This document shows, one piece after another, positions 43,208 through 54,226 of a stretch of DNA of 64,000 nucleotides (its first letter is position 1; each line of letters begins with the position of its first letter). Both the position numbers and the translations under genes were made by a program. This DNA comes from Pachysolen tannophilus NRRL Y-2460. Lineage: Eukaryota. The notes under the pieces were generated by a model that saw only the letters and a list, made by a program, of their open reading frames with translations, was not told the DNA's origin and ran no database searches. The stretch spans positions 439,944-503,943 of the forward strand of contig KV454018.1 of assembly GCA_001661245.1 (NCBI GenBank), given 5' to 3'.

Positions 43208-44135
43208 TGAAACAACAAAAAAAAAAAGAAAAGGAAACCTCTATTCTATTGTTTAAAGCCGTATTATTATTGGGGGTAACTTTCAAAAAAAAGGGGTGTC
43301 AATTTTTTTTTATATATTATTAAAAAAAAAAAACCCAATTGTATCAACTAATGAAACAACCCAGCAAAGATCTAATAAGGTCAAGATATATATGAAATAT
43401 AATTGTGTTCTTGAATTAAAGAAAAAAGAAAAATAAAAGAAAAAGGTCAAATTAAAAACTCGTTGACGCCGTTGTATAGTTATTGATAAAAAGAAAAAAC
43501 AAAAGGGGGTAATTTGCGTTTTTGTGTAATTAATACTCAAAAATAGATGAGGATGAGGATGAGCATGAGCATTATTACACGGTAGTGTATTTCATTCAAA
43601 TATTTCCGAAAACGGGATAGAAAAAACATACAAAGAAAAAAGAAAGAAATGTCCGATCAAATACCCGAAACCAATTTCCCCCTCTTCCACATATATATAT
43701 ATATGTAATAGTTGAAAAGGGACTATAATAGTCATTTAACCACTTTGCGAATCATTGAATACCAGAAAAAAAAATAAAAAAAAAAATTTAAAAAACTACA
43801 ATCTCAATTCCAATTGATGTTAGAAAATTTCTCTCTTAATCTTTTTAACCTGTTATAAATCTATTTACCTAATAAATTTCTATTTCTTCTAGTTCCCTAA
43901 AGTTTTATAGTTACCCTACCGTAAAGTCATCATGAGTAAAGTCTATCCTGAAACCTGAAATTTACGCAGACACAGCAATCACAAGTAAAAAAAAAAAAAA
44001 AAAAAATTTTTTCTCTTACAAATTCACTACTCAATTTTCTCCTTTGTTACCTCTCTCCGCCCAAACAGTCCGCCCAACCACCGGCAAACAAGTGGCCAAC
44101 CCTGGAAAAAGAAAAGAAAAAAAAAGAAAAAAAAA

Positions 44136-44874
44136 NNNNNNNNNNNNNNNNNNNNNNNNNNNNNNNNNNNNNNNNNNNNNNNNNNNNNNNNNNNNNNNNN
44201 NNNNNNNNNNNNNNNNNNNNNNNNNNNNNNNNNNNNNNNNNNNNNNNNNNNNNNNNNNNNNNNNNNNNNNNNNNNNNNNNNNNNNNNNNNNNNNNNNNNN
44301 NNNNNNNNNNNNNNNNNNNNNNNNNNNNNNNNNNNNNNNNNNNNNNNNNNNNNNNNNNNNNNNNNNNNNNNNNNNNNNNNNNNNNNNNNNNNNNNNNNNN
44401 NNNNNNNNNNNNNNNNNNNNNNNNNNNNNNNNNNNNNNNNNNNNNNNNNNNNNNNNNNNNNNNNNNNNNNNNNNNNNNNNNNNNNNNNNNNNNNNNNNNN
44501 NNNNNNNNNNNNNNNNNNNNNNNNNNNNNNNNNNNNNNNNNNNNNNNNNNNNNNNNNNNNNNNNNNNNNNNNNNNNNNNNNNNNNNNNNNNNNNNNNNNN
44601 NNNNNNNNNNNNNNNNNNNNNNNNNNNNNNNNNNNNNNNNNNNNNNNNNNNNNNNNNNNNNNNNNNNNNNNNNNNNNNNNNNNNNNNNNNNNNNNNNNNN
44701 NNNNNNNNNNNNNNNNNNNNNNNNNNNNNNNNNNNNNNNNNNNNNNNNNNNNNNNNNNNNNNNNNNNNNNNNNNNNNNNNNNNNNNNNNNNNNNNNNNNN
44801 NNNNNNNNNNNNNNNNNNNNNNNNNNNNNNNNNNNNNNNNNNNNNNNNNNNNNNNNNNNNNNNNNNNNNNNNNN
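44136..44874. other. Assembly gap covering the 5' part of TEF1
   Basis: Run of N. Confidence 0.99.
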
Positions 44875-45492
44875 ATTGGTGGTATTGGTACGGTGCCAGT
44901 TGGTAGAGTTGAAACCGGTGTCATTAAAGCCGGTATGGTTGTCACTTTTGCCCCAGCTGGTGTCACCACTGAAGTTAAATCCGTTGAAATGCACCACGAA
45001 ACTTTAACCGAAGGTCTTCCAGGTGACAATGTTGGTTTCAACGTTAAGAACGTTTCCGTTAAAGAAATTAGAAGAGGTAACGTTTGTGGTGATTCAAAGA
45101 ATGATCCACCAAAAGGTTGTGATTCCTTTGCTGCTCAAGTTATTGTCTTGAACCATCCAGGTCAAATCTCTGCTGGTTACTCTCCAGTCTTGGATTGTCA
45201 TACTGCTCATATTGCTTGTAAATTCGACACCTTGATTGAAAAAATTGATAGAAGAACTGGTAAGAAATTAGAAGAAAATCCTAAATTTGTTAAATCTGGT
45301 GATGCTTGTATCGTTAAGATGGTTCCAACCAAACCAATGTGTGTTGAAGCTTACTCCGACTACCCACCATTAGGTAGATTCGCTGTCAGAGATATGAGAC
45401 AAACCGTTGCTGTTGGTGTTATCAAATCTGTCGAAAAATCAGACAAGGCTGGTAAGGTTACAAAAGCTGCTCAAAAAGCTGCCAAGAAATAA
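44875..45492 (+). CDS. TEF1: Translation elongation factor eEF1A, 3' part
   Basis: [15 protein letters not shown]...[21 protein letters not shown]...KAAQKAAKK, with strong codon bias. Confidence 0.98.
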   Translation: MGGIGTVPVGRVETGVIKAGMVVTFAPAGVTTEVKSVEMHHETLTEGLPGDNVGFNVKNVSVKEIRRGNVCGDSKNDPPKGCDSFAAQVIVLNHPGQISAGYSPVLDCHTAHIACKFDTLIEKIDRRTGKKLEENPKFVKSGDACIVKMVPTKPMCVEAYSDYPPLGRFAVRDMRQTVAVGVIKSVEKSDKAGKVTKAAQKAAKK

Positions 45493-45840
45493 GAACCTTT
45501 GACTTTTTATCTCTCTTCTTTTTTTTTTTTTTTTTTTGTTAATTAGCCATTGAGTCATTTTTACTTGTATTTCCTACCTATTGCCCACTTCCTCTTGTTT
45601 TACTTTTAGTAATAATATATATATATATATATATGTTTCTATATAAAGTATATTGGAAGTTTATAATATAAATTATATAAGTATATTTTTTAACTGTAGA
45701 GAAAAGTAGTTTTTTAAATAATCAAAAAAGTTTGTTGTAATTGAAGATCATCATAAAATTGTAAATAAGTAATAATAAACAAGAGATTTAATCATTTAAC
45801 AGCGGTTAATTTATTCCAATGGCGGACCCATTAAAATATC

Positions 45841-48816
45841 ATGGAGCAAGATGATTTTGATTTAGATCAGGTTATTGGGCTAGTGGAATTGTTATATTCA
45901 TCAAGAGACCCGGATCAAGTGATTGAGGTTCAAAAAATTTTACAACGGTTTCAAAAATCTTCAAATAGTTGGTATATTTCAAATCAATTATTATTAAATG
46001 ATTCAATCAATTGTAAATTCTTTGGTGCTTTGACTTATACTGTGGGGATAAATTTACATTTGGGGGAATTTTCAACAGATTTGAAATTCAAAATAATATT
46101 AGAATTATTAAACCATGTAATTTTACTTATTAATGAGAATAAAAATAATACACTCTTTGTTATTGAAAAATTATTATCTAATCTTGCTATTATTTTTGTT
46201 ACCAGTTATAAAGAATGGAGTTATTCTTTACAAAGTTTATATGCTTCTTTGAAAAATAAAAACCCACAGATTATTAATGATTCAAATATCAATGATTTTG
46301 ATTCTACTTATGATATGATACTTTTACTATTTTCTCAAATTGTAGTTGAGGAAACATCGAAATTAGAATCTTCAAATGTTGATAAGTCCAATTTACATAA
46401 ATTTATTCATGAAAAATTTTTCCCCATAACAAGTGCATTGTTATTTAGAACAGAAATGATAAAATCTTTAGATTGTTTAGGTAGTTGGATTCAATACATT
46501 TCTACTGCTGAATTGGAATCTGTTGAAAGATATGATTTATCAATAATATTGGATCATTTATTGGATTTAATTATACTCAATAATGCAGATATTTCTCAAA
46601 GGGCTATCAATGTTACTGTTGATATACTTGATACAAATCCTTCAATGTTGAATAAAGTTTTGAAAAATAAACTTGATTCATTAATTTTTGGTAAATGGGG
46701 TGTCAATTATTTACAATCTTTAATTGAAGATCATGATTTTGAAAATATTAATCAATTTTCAAGATTAGTGATTTTATTTTTAGAAACTGATATTATTCAT
46801 GTTGCACATTTATTAGCTGATGATGCCAATAATGAAAAATTTGAATTTTTATTGAATTTAACAAATTTTCCTGGAATACCAATAGATGAAGAATTAATCT
46901 CAAAAGATTTTATTGAATTTTGGTCAGAATTGGCTGAAGCATATGTGGATGATGAAGATAGATTATTAGTTTTACTTAAAAATGATACCGATCAATTAAT
47001 GAAATTAAATCAAAAGGCAACTTCTATCTTTCAACGAGTTTCATCTATTTATTGGAGCAAGATTCATATACCTGTTAACGTGGATGATGAAGAATTTAAA
47101 CTCTATAAAGAAGAGTTTATGTCCTATAGAAGTGATGTTGCTGATTTCTTTGATACCATTTATCCCATTGTTAAAATAGCCATGTATAAAAATTTGATTG
47201 ATACTATTTCAAACAATATATCTTCACTGAAACCAAATTTTCAAGATATTGAAGCTTCTTTATTTTTAATTAATTCTATTTCCTCAAATTTCAATGAAGA
47301 TAATATTAACACTAACATATTGTCATATTTGACAAATATCTTAGAATCAAATTTTTTCGAAATAATATCAAGTAACAATAGCAATGAAAACAAATATACA
47401 ATTTCAACAACTATACAATTTTTATCTAGTATTGATTTTTTCTATAAACATAAAATAGGACTCAAATATTTACCTTCAATTTTGAATTTCCTTTTTAGTT
47501 GCATGTTAGAATCTAATTTATACCATTTATCTTCATCCAAGGCAATTTGCAGAATTTCTAATGACTGTCGGTTATCATTGGTTGGTTATTTACCAAATTT
47601 TGAAAATTTAATAGTGGAAATGATTAATAATATAAATATATTACCAATTATTCGAGAAAGAATTGTTAATTCATATGCTTCAATCATTCAAGGTATTAAA
47701 AATCCTGAAATACAAGGGAAAAACTTGAATATTTTACTAGGATTAATAAATGAAAAATGTGTTCAATTGATCACTAACAATCAAATAACTAATGAAAACA
47801 CCTTGAATTATTTAATTTCATTATTAAATTGTATCTATGAAATTGGGAAAGGAATGCAACTTCCTGAGGACGATGTTGAAGATTTTTATAGTCAGGAAGA
47901 AATAAATTTAATAAATGAATATTGGACTAATGACTCATACAATATCCATGATAAGATTATACGTATCATTACAGAAGTATCAACTAATTCCAGTTCACCA
48001 ATGTTGTTGAACAATACCGAGATTGTTGAGAAATGCTGTTTAATTTTCAAGACAGGATTGACTGAATCTATTGAAGGACCATTTGTATTTAAAGATGAAA
48101 CTTTAATTCAATATATTTTAACAAAGTCTGGTTCTGCCAATATCAATACAATGCCCTTTTTATTCGAATTATTTGACGCTGTGATAACGGCAAATTATAA
48201 GACTATTTCACCTAGCTTGGTTTCATCAACAGTAGATACAATTTTCCTTTCTCGATTACCCTTGATTAAAACTGATCCTGATTTAATTGAATCCTCAATA
48301 AAAATTTTGGGAACAATTGTAGAGAAAAAACCAAGTTTAATAATTTACAATGGAAATTTTACTATTATTATTTTGCATTTTTGTTTAGAAAACTTATCAA
48401 CTAGTGAAAAATTTATTTTGAAATCAGTCTCAAAATTTTGGAGTAAGCTAATAGTTTTGAAAAAAGGAGATAAAAGAGATTTTGAATTTATTTCCAATTT
48501 ATTCTTGCAAGAAAAATTAGGTGTTGTTTTAACTTATCTGGTAATATCGAACTTGTTGAAGTCTCAGAGATCCAATATAGATAATTTTCAGGAAATATTG
48601 AAATTCTTAATTGTGAAATATCCTTTGTATGTTAAAAATTGGTTGGAAGATGCTTTTGCTAAGGTTAATGAGGAGAGGGTTAATCAACGTATTGATGAAT
48701 TAAAAAGCTATCATGTATTTATTAAGAAGTTAATAATGACAAGAGGAAAAACTCAGGCTTTTCAAAATGTAGTTAAAGAATATTGGTTGGAAACAAACGG
48801 ATTGTTTAACTACTAA
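45841..48816 (+). CDS. KAP122: Importin-beta-like karyopherin Kap122/Pdr6 (importin-13 family)
   Basis: VELLYS, LQRFQKS, CKFFGALT, LTNFPGIPIDEELIS, IEASLF, FIKKLIMTRG, HEAT-like throughout. Confidence 0.8.
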   Translation: MEQDDFDLDQVIGLVELLYSSRDPDQVIEVQKILQRFQKSSNSWYISNQLLLNDSINCKFFGALTYTVGINLHLGEFSTDLKFKIILELLNHVILLINENKNNTLFVIEKLLSNLAIIFVTSYKEWSYSLQSLYASLKNKNPQIINDSNINDFDSTYDMILLLFSQIVVEETSKLESSNVDKSNLHKFIHEKFFPITSALLFRTEMIKSLDCLGSWIQYISTAELESVERYDLSIILDHLLDLIILNNADISQRAINVTVDILDTNPSMLNKVLKNKLDSLIFGKWGVNYLQSLIEDHDFENINQFSRLVILFLETDIIHVAHLLADDANNEKFEFLLNLTNFPGIPIDEELISKDFIEFWSELAEAYVDDEDRLLVLLKNDTDQLMKLNQKATSIFQRVSSIYWSKIHIPVNVDDEEFKLYKEEFMSYRSDVADFFDTIYPIVKIAMYKNLIDTISNNISSLKPNFQDIEASLFLINSISSNFNEDNINTNILSYLTNILESNFFEIISSNNSNENKYTISTTIQFLSSIDFFYKHKIGLKYLPSILNFLFSCMLESNLYHLSSSKAICRISNDCRLSLVGYLPNFENLIVEMINNINILPIIRERIVNSYASIIQGIKNPEIQGKNLNILLGLINEKCVQLITNNQITNENTLNYLISLLNCIYEIGKGMQLPEDDVEDFYSQEEINLINEYWTNDSYNIHDKIIRIITEVSTNSSSPMLLNNTEIVEKCCLIFKTGLTESIEGPFVFKDETLIQYILTKSGSANINTMPFLFELFDAVITANYKTISPSLVSSTVDTIFLSRLPLIKTDPDLIESSIKILGTIVEKKPSLIIYNGNFTIIILHFCLENLSTSEKFILKSVSKFWSKLIVLKKGDKRDFEFISNLFLQEKLGVVLTYLVISNLLKSQRSNIDNFQEILKFLIVKYPLYVKNWLEDAFAKVNEERVNQRIDELKSYHVFIKKLIMTRGKTQAFQNVVKEYWLETNGLFNY

Positions 48817-49089
48817 GACAATTGAGTCATTTACTTGTATACAATTTTTCATTTTATTCCATTTTTTTGAAAAAGGTTATTTTTTGCGTTTCCTGTTACT
48901 TTCATTTCTACATAATCTTCTTTCTTTACAGAAAAAGATAATACTCATGGTAATTTTTTTTTTTTTTTTTCTTTTTATTTGTTCGTTAATACTTTTAATT
49001 TTATTCATTATTCTTTTTTGAAATTACAAATATTTAAATCTATCAGTTAACTAAAGTTGACAAGAAAAAAAATTCAAAATATGATGAAA

Positions 49090-50886
49090 TTAAGGCAACA
49101 AGACATTCAAGATTTCAACTAAATGATCACATTCTTCGCTGAACTTAACTTTTTCAAGACCAACACATTGATATCTAACTCTAACATTACCGTTATAATT
49201 ATCTTGTCTTGCTCTAATTCTGAAATTAAATTCATTCATTTGTAATTTCTGGAAAAAAGTAGCAGAATCACCATTATTTTCCATAATTTCATTTGCTGTT
49301 GTACCATCCAATAATGATTCGACTTCATTATTGAACAAAGTTAACCAAAGTTGACCACTGTGATCGATAACGCTTATAGTTAATATATAACGATAATTTG
49401 GAGTTTCAAAACTCTTGTCACATTTTTCACATCTCCATGATCCATCTGGTTGTTCCAAGACTTTCCTATTACAACCTTCAGTTGAGCAAGCAGGATAACA
49501 AAAATTTTCTGTTCTTATGAAATTTATTGAAGCTTTTATTGAAAAATAATCCAGTTTATCATTCATACCAAGATTTTCATTTTGTGCCTCCAATATAGTT
49601 TTCCTTTCATTTAAATTGATACCACCTGCAGAACTCATAGTTTCTACTTTCAAAGATTTGAATTGTTCATGAATACCTTGTTTATCATACCATCCTTTTA
49701 ATTGAAAAGCTTCAGGAATATCAGGGTTTGATACAATAGTAGCTGAAGGTGTTAATGATAAACTTCTTCCACCAAAATCTTGTACTTTTGCACCCTTGAT
49801 GACAACAATTGAGCCTTCATTTAAATTGAAATCTATAGCACTTTTATTCCATAATCCTACAGTAATTGCAAAATGTGATTCATCAACAATTACAATATCT
49901 CTTCTATCGAATGGTCTACCAGTGGATTTAGCTACAATTTGGAAAGCTGGATTAACTTCTTTCAAGACACCAACAACATCGATCACAGCATTAGCTTCCA
50001 AATCTTGAATTTTATTAAGTTTTACAAAATTAAAATTTAATTTTGGTACATCTGCAGCATCTTCACATTCTTCAATTTCTGTATCTCTATCCAAAGATAA
50101 TTCATATGGATGACTCAAGTTTGAGAATTGAGGTTTTGCTTGTTGGATTCTTGCCTTTGATATATAATAAACTTTTCCTTCTTGTAATAAATCATAAAAT
50201 TTATCTGCAATATCATTAAAAGCAGTTGCTCTAATCTCATTTGTTTCGTCTAATAAATTAACATTAAACAATTTACCTTCCCCCTTTTGATTCGACCAAG
50301 TTCTCATATCGGATTTGTAAGAAACTCTTGCTTTTATAGTCCAATTATTTTGATAAGGAGAAAGCTGATCAATTGCATATATGTTGGCACGGCTTTCAGG
50401 TCTTTTCTGAACTGGTACCTGTTGTTGTTGTACAGATTGTACAGGTAACAGTGGTTTTGATTGATCATCAACCCCTTCTCCAACAAAAAAATCTTCTTCT
50501 GGATGTTCATTAAAGTAATCATCTATATTAGTAGTACTTCCTTGACCATATCTTGGAGCTGTTGGTTGTACAACTTTTAATTCACTAATAATCAATACTC
50601 TCTTATTATTACTCATTTTTTCAGAATCATAATCCAATAAAGTAACTATCGATGACTTCTTCAAACCTTGCAGTTCAGCAGCATCAACAAATTCCGGCCT
50701 AATCACACCATGAACAGTATAAGACCCATCCGATATAATCAATCTTAATCTTTTACCTTGATCATTAGGTACTTGCTTAATATTAGTAACTTGAAGTGTA
50801 ACCGGATGATTCTCCAGAAATGGCTTTGATTTACTAAAAATAGTATGCAAAACCTTATCATCAATTGCAACAGGAGCAGCCATCAT
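49090..50886 (-). CDS. RFA1: Replication protein A large subunit Rfa1
   Basis: IDQLSPYQNNWTIKARVSYKS, GEGKLFNVNLLDE, EIRATAFN, C4 zinc motif YPAC..CNRKV..WRCEKC. Confidence 0.97.
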   Translation of the reverse strand: MMAAPVAIDDKVLHTIFSKSKPFLENHPVTLQVTNIKQVPNDQGKRLRLIISDGSYTVHGVIRPEFVDAAELQGLKKSSIVTLLDYDSEKMSNNKRVLIISELKVVQPTAPRYGQGSTTNIDDYFNEHPEEDFFVGEGVDDQSKPLLPVQSVQQQQVPVQKRPESRANIYAIDQLSPYQNNWTIKARVSYKSDMRTWSNQKGEGKLFNVNLLDETNEIRATAFNDIADKFYDLLQEGKVYYISKARIQQAKPQFSNLSHPYELSLDRDTEIEECEDAADVPKLNFNFVKLNKIQDLEANAVIDVVGVLKEVNPAFQIVAKSTGRPFDRRDIVIVDESHFAITVGLWNKSAIDFNLNEGSIVVIKGAKVQDFGGRSLSLTPSATIVSNPDIPEAFQLKGWYDKQGIHEQFKSLKVETMSSAGGINLNERKTILEAQNENLGMNDKLDYFSIKASINFIRTENFCYPACSTEGCNRKVLEQPDGSWRCEKCDKSFETPNYRYILTISVIDHSGQLWLTLFNNEVESLLDGTTANEIMENNGDSATFFQKLQMNEFNFRIRARQDNYNGNVRVRYQCVGLEKVKFSEECDHLVEILNVLLP

Positions 50887-50991
50887 GAACTTTTAATCCA
50901 ATTAACTAGATCCAACTTCAATAAACAGATATATTAATATATATTAATATATATATATATAATTATATAATTGGTTTATGATCAGGTTGTG

Positions 50992-50997
50992 ACGCGT
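50992..50997. promoter_or_regulatory. MCB element (MBF site) upstream of RFA1
   Basis: ACGCGT about 105 nt upstream of a G1/S replication gene, in otherwise AT-rich DNA. Confidence 0.7.
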
Positions 50998-51406
50998 AAA
51001 ATTTAAGAAAAATAAATAGAAAAAAAAAAAAATTTGGTCGCCACTGTGCGCATTTTAATTGCGCACTTGCGCATAAGAATTAAGAAAAAAGTGCAACCTT
51101 TTATACGTATTTAAATCGCTATTATATTTTACACGCGCACGCAGGTTCTGTATTATAAGCGTATGCAATAACCTAAACAATTTGTAAGATAAGTGCGGGC
51201 TAAAGTGACAAAAACGACACAAAAAGACAAAAGAGACACAAGTGACACAAGCGACACAATAAAAGACAGAGGAGACAGAAGAGTGACAGAAGAGAGGACA
51301 GGCGGAACCACATAGGTGGAGTGGAAGGCGAGAAGAGAAGACAATAGATCAAGAAAGAGAGATTTAAAAAAGATAGATTGGATGAACTTGAAAATTAAGG
51401 ACGGAA

Positions 51407-52728
51407 ATGGAGAAGAAAATGGAGAGGAGTATGTGGAGGGTCCAGATGGATGTGGTGTCTATTCAATGTTCCTTTGCTGAAGTGATTAATGATGTATTAG
51501 TTGGTAAAGAAGTTCAGGATAAGTTTTGGATAAAAGTCAATGAGAATAGAGGTTATATATTTGTTGAAACTGCCGATGATGATGATGGACAACTAAGATT
51601 TAGAGAAGAAGGTAATAGTGGTACTATTTTTCGCAAAATATCTGATCGAGAGTATGAGTTGACTCGTGATAAAGTTATCTATCGTTTAAAAATTCCTTTT
51701 AGAATTTTCAGTGATGCAAAAATTTTACAAAATATCAATACTTTTGATATTTCATCTCATTGTGGATTTTATTGTATTGGTAATAATAATGGTAAGATTA
51801 TTATTGGAACAATATCGGATAAAAATTCAATATTAAAAATTTTCCAAAATTGTCATTTTGATCTTGATGTGATCAAAATTCAAATTTTCCCGTCAGATAA
51901 GGTTTTATTATCTGCTGGTTTGGATTACACCATCAAGATATGGTCGATATTAGATGGATCAAATCCAAGGTGTTTTAAAGGTCATACAGATAGAATAACA
52001 GATTTAAAATTGATTGGTAAAACTGGAAGGAATTTTGTTAGTAGTTCGTTAGATGGAACTTTGAAACTTTGGGAAACTGGATCTGGTAATTGCATAATAA
52101 CTTTACGTAGAAGATTAACAGAAATTGATGGAATAAATTGTCTTTACTATATTGAATCTTCAAATTATCCAAGGTTAAAAAAAAAATTGATAAAGGAGAG
52201 GAAAATTTGGAATTTGAAACTGAAAATAAATTAATCTTGTCTGGACATTGTTCAGGAATAATTGCATTGTGGGATTTGGGAAATCATATAAAGCTAAAAG
52301 AATTCACCATTGATAGTGATAAGAATGGAAAAAATCAAGTTAAAACTATAGTTTGTATTAAAGAACAATACATTATAGCAGGTTTCGAAGATGGGAATTT
52401 AAGAATTTTTGATTTTGAAAAACAAATTTTAATTAAAGATTTTTTGTTTAGCAATTCAATCAACTCCATTGAACTAGTGAAAGATAACAGCGCTATTATA
52501 GTAGCAATTGAAGGCATAGAAACATTATTTGAATTTGATGTTAATGATTTAATCAATAACACTTATGCTATTACAATCAATAACAACAACTCCAAGGAAC
52601 TTCATATCAAGCCTAAAACTTACCTAGTTGGTCTAGATAACCATATAAACACAATAAAGGCAACAACAAGTGGATCCAAGCTCTTTGTCGGTGCTAAATA
52701 TGGAGAATTCGTTGAATATGATGTTTAA
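51407..52728 (+). CDS. RPN14: Proteasome assembly chaperone Rpn14/PAAF1 (WD40), frameshifted at A10 52177-52186; start may be ATG 51446
   Basis: FPSDKVLLSAGLDYTIKIWS..DGSNPRCFKGH, GRNFVSSSLDGTLKLWE, then LEFETENKLILSGH in the shifted frame. Next to COG7 and PMC1 as in S. cerevisiae. Confidence 0.88.
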
Positions 52729-52890
52729 ACTATGTGAAAAATCGAGGTCGTTTACAGAATATTAATATTTTGGGGTAAGTAGTTATTTCAAAAAGTTGGT
52801 GATGTATTTTAATAAATAATAAATAGATATTGAAGAACTTGAAATTGCAATTTAAAAGTAGATAGAGTAAATGATAGTAGGATTGGAAAA

Positions 52891-53847
52891 ATGACAACAG
52901 ATAAGAAGGCTGAACCTATAAGCACAGCATCAGAAGCACTTTCGATGTTTTTTGATGAGGATTTTTCTCCGCATGCTTATTTGGATGCATTATTCACATC
53001 GACTTTATCAGCAGGTCCAAATACACCGAGGTTATCAAAGACAAAGCTAACTTCAGTCAATTCTTTACAATCATTACAATCAAAATGTTCAAACTTATTA
53101 GCCCACTTGGACTACTATACAAATGAGTTGACTAAAGATTTGGAGCTGAAAATAAGGTATTTGCATTCGTCATCGTCAATTATATCTTATTCATATGATA
53201 ATAATAATTATAATAATAATAGTAATAATAATAGTAATAGTAATGACGAAAATGGAATAGATAAAGACCTTTATGTGAATAATGGTACTACAAGGTTAGA
53301 AAATTATATTGATAATCTATCCAACGCTATACATACATTATACGATGATGTTAATATGGTAAATTCACAGATTAGTGAATTGGAATATAACCGTGACGAA
53401 TCTAATTCTGATCGTCTGATCTTGATAAAACTTTCGAAATTAAAGAAAATTAAGATTAAAATGTTATCAATTTTGAACATTTTTGAAACAGCTAAGGCAA
53501 TAACAACAACTTCGTTGGAAGATGATGGTGATAATGATAATGTTACAGATTTGGATAAGAAAATTGCTCCTACAACGGGAGATAACAATTTTAAAAAAAA
53601 TTCTGAAATTGTTTCTATAAATTTAGACGTTTTCACAAATTCTTTACTGATTTTAGAAGATACAATAATTGATGAACTAAATAAATCTGTTCAAACCCAA
53701 ACACGTAATGATGGAATTATAAGGAAAATTGAGTCTTTGATTGAATTATTACCATTGTTTAAAAACTTGGGTAAATTTTATATCAGTTATAATTCTTTTG
53801 TAAGTAGATTAAATGATCAAAAGGAAAGTTATTTAAACAAATTTTAA
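52891..53847 (+). CDS. COG7: Conserved oligomeric Golgi complex subunit 7
   Basis: LSMFFDEDFSPHAYLD, LLAHLDYYTNELT, TRLENYIDNL match yeast Cog7, with supporting gene order. Confidence 0.85.
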   Translation: MTTDKKAEPISTASEALSMFFDEDFSPHAYLDALFTSTLSAGPNTPRLSKTKLTSVNSLQSLQSKCSNLLAHLDYYTNELTKDLELKIRYLHSSSSIISYSYDNNNYNNNSNNNSNSNDENGIDKDLYVNNGTTRLENYIDNLSNAIHTLYDDVNMVNSQISELEYNRDESNSDRLILIKLSKLKKIKIKMLSILNIFETAKAITTTSLEDDGDNDNVTDLDKKIAPTTGDNNFKKNSEIVSINLDVFTNSLLILEDTIIDELNKSVQTQTRNDGIIRKIESLIELLPLFKNLGKFYISYNSFVSRLNDQKESYLNKF

Positions 53848-54226
53848 TGGAAAAGTTATTTCTTACCAAGCAAAACAAAACAATAAATAGATTTCTTCAT
53901 TTTACTTTATATAAATTTGTAGTAATATAAAACTAAAATATATATATATAAAGTCCAAACAATTTATTTCCCTTCTTTGTCCATAAACACCACACAAAAG
54001 ATAATATATAATACGACATCACATTTTTGTACCTAAAACCGATAACAACAACAAAAAACTGAAACGAAAAAATGAAAAACTAAAACGCTAATAAATGATC
54101 AAATATCGTCCAAAATGACTGTACAAATAGATATTTAAAAATACAGAAGAAAAAAAAAGAAAAAAGACAAAATCTTTTTTTAAGCAACAGAAAACTGAAG
54201 ATTCACATGGAACCTAAATTGAAAGG

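Noticed and set aside
44031..45041. Long ORFs spanning the N run
   Set aside because: Artefacts of undetermined bases.
51205..51301. GACA repeat array as CRISPR-like or mobile element
   Set aside because: Eukaryotic context, short degenerate units without spacers, and no terminal repeats or transposase.
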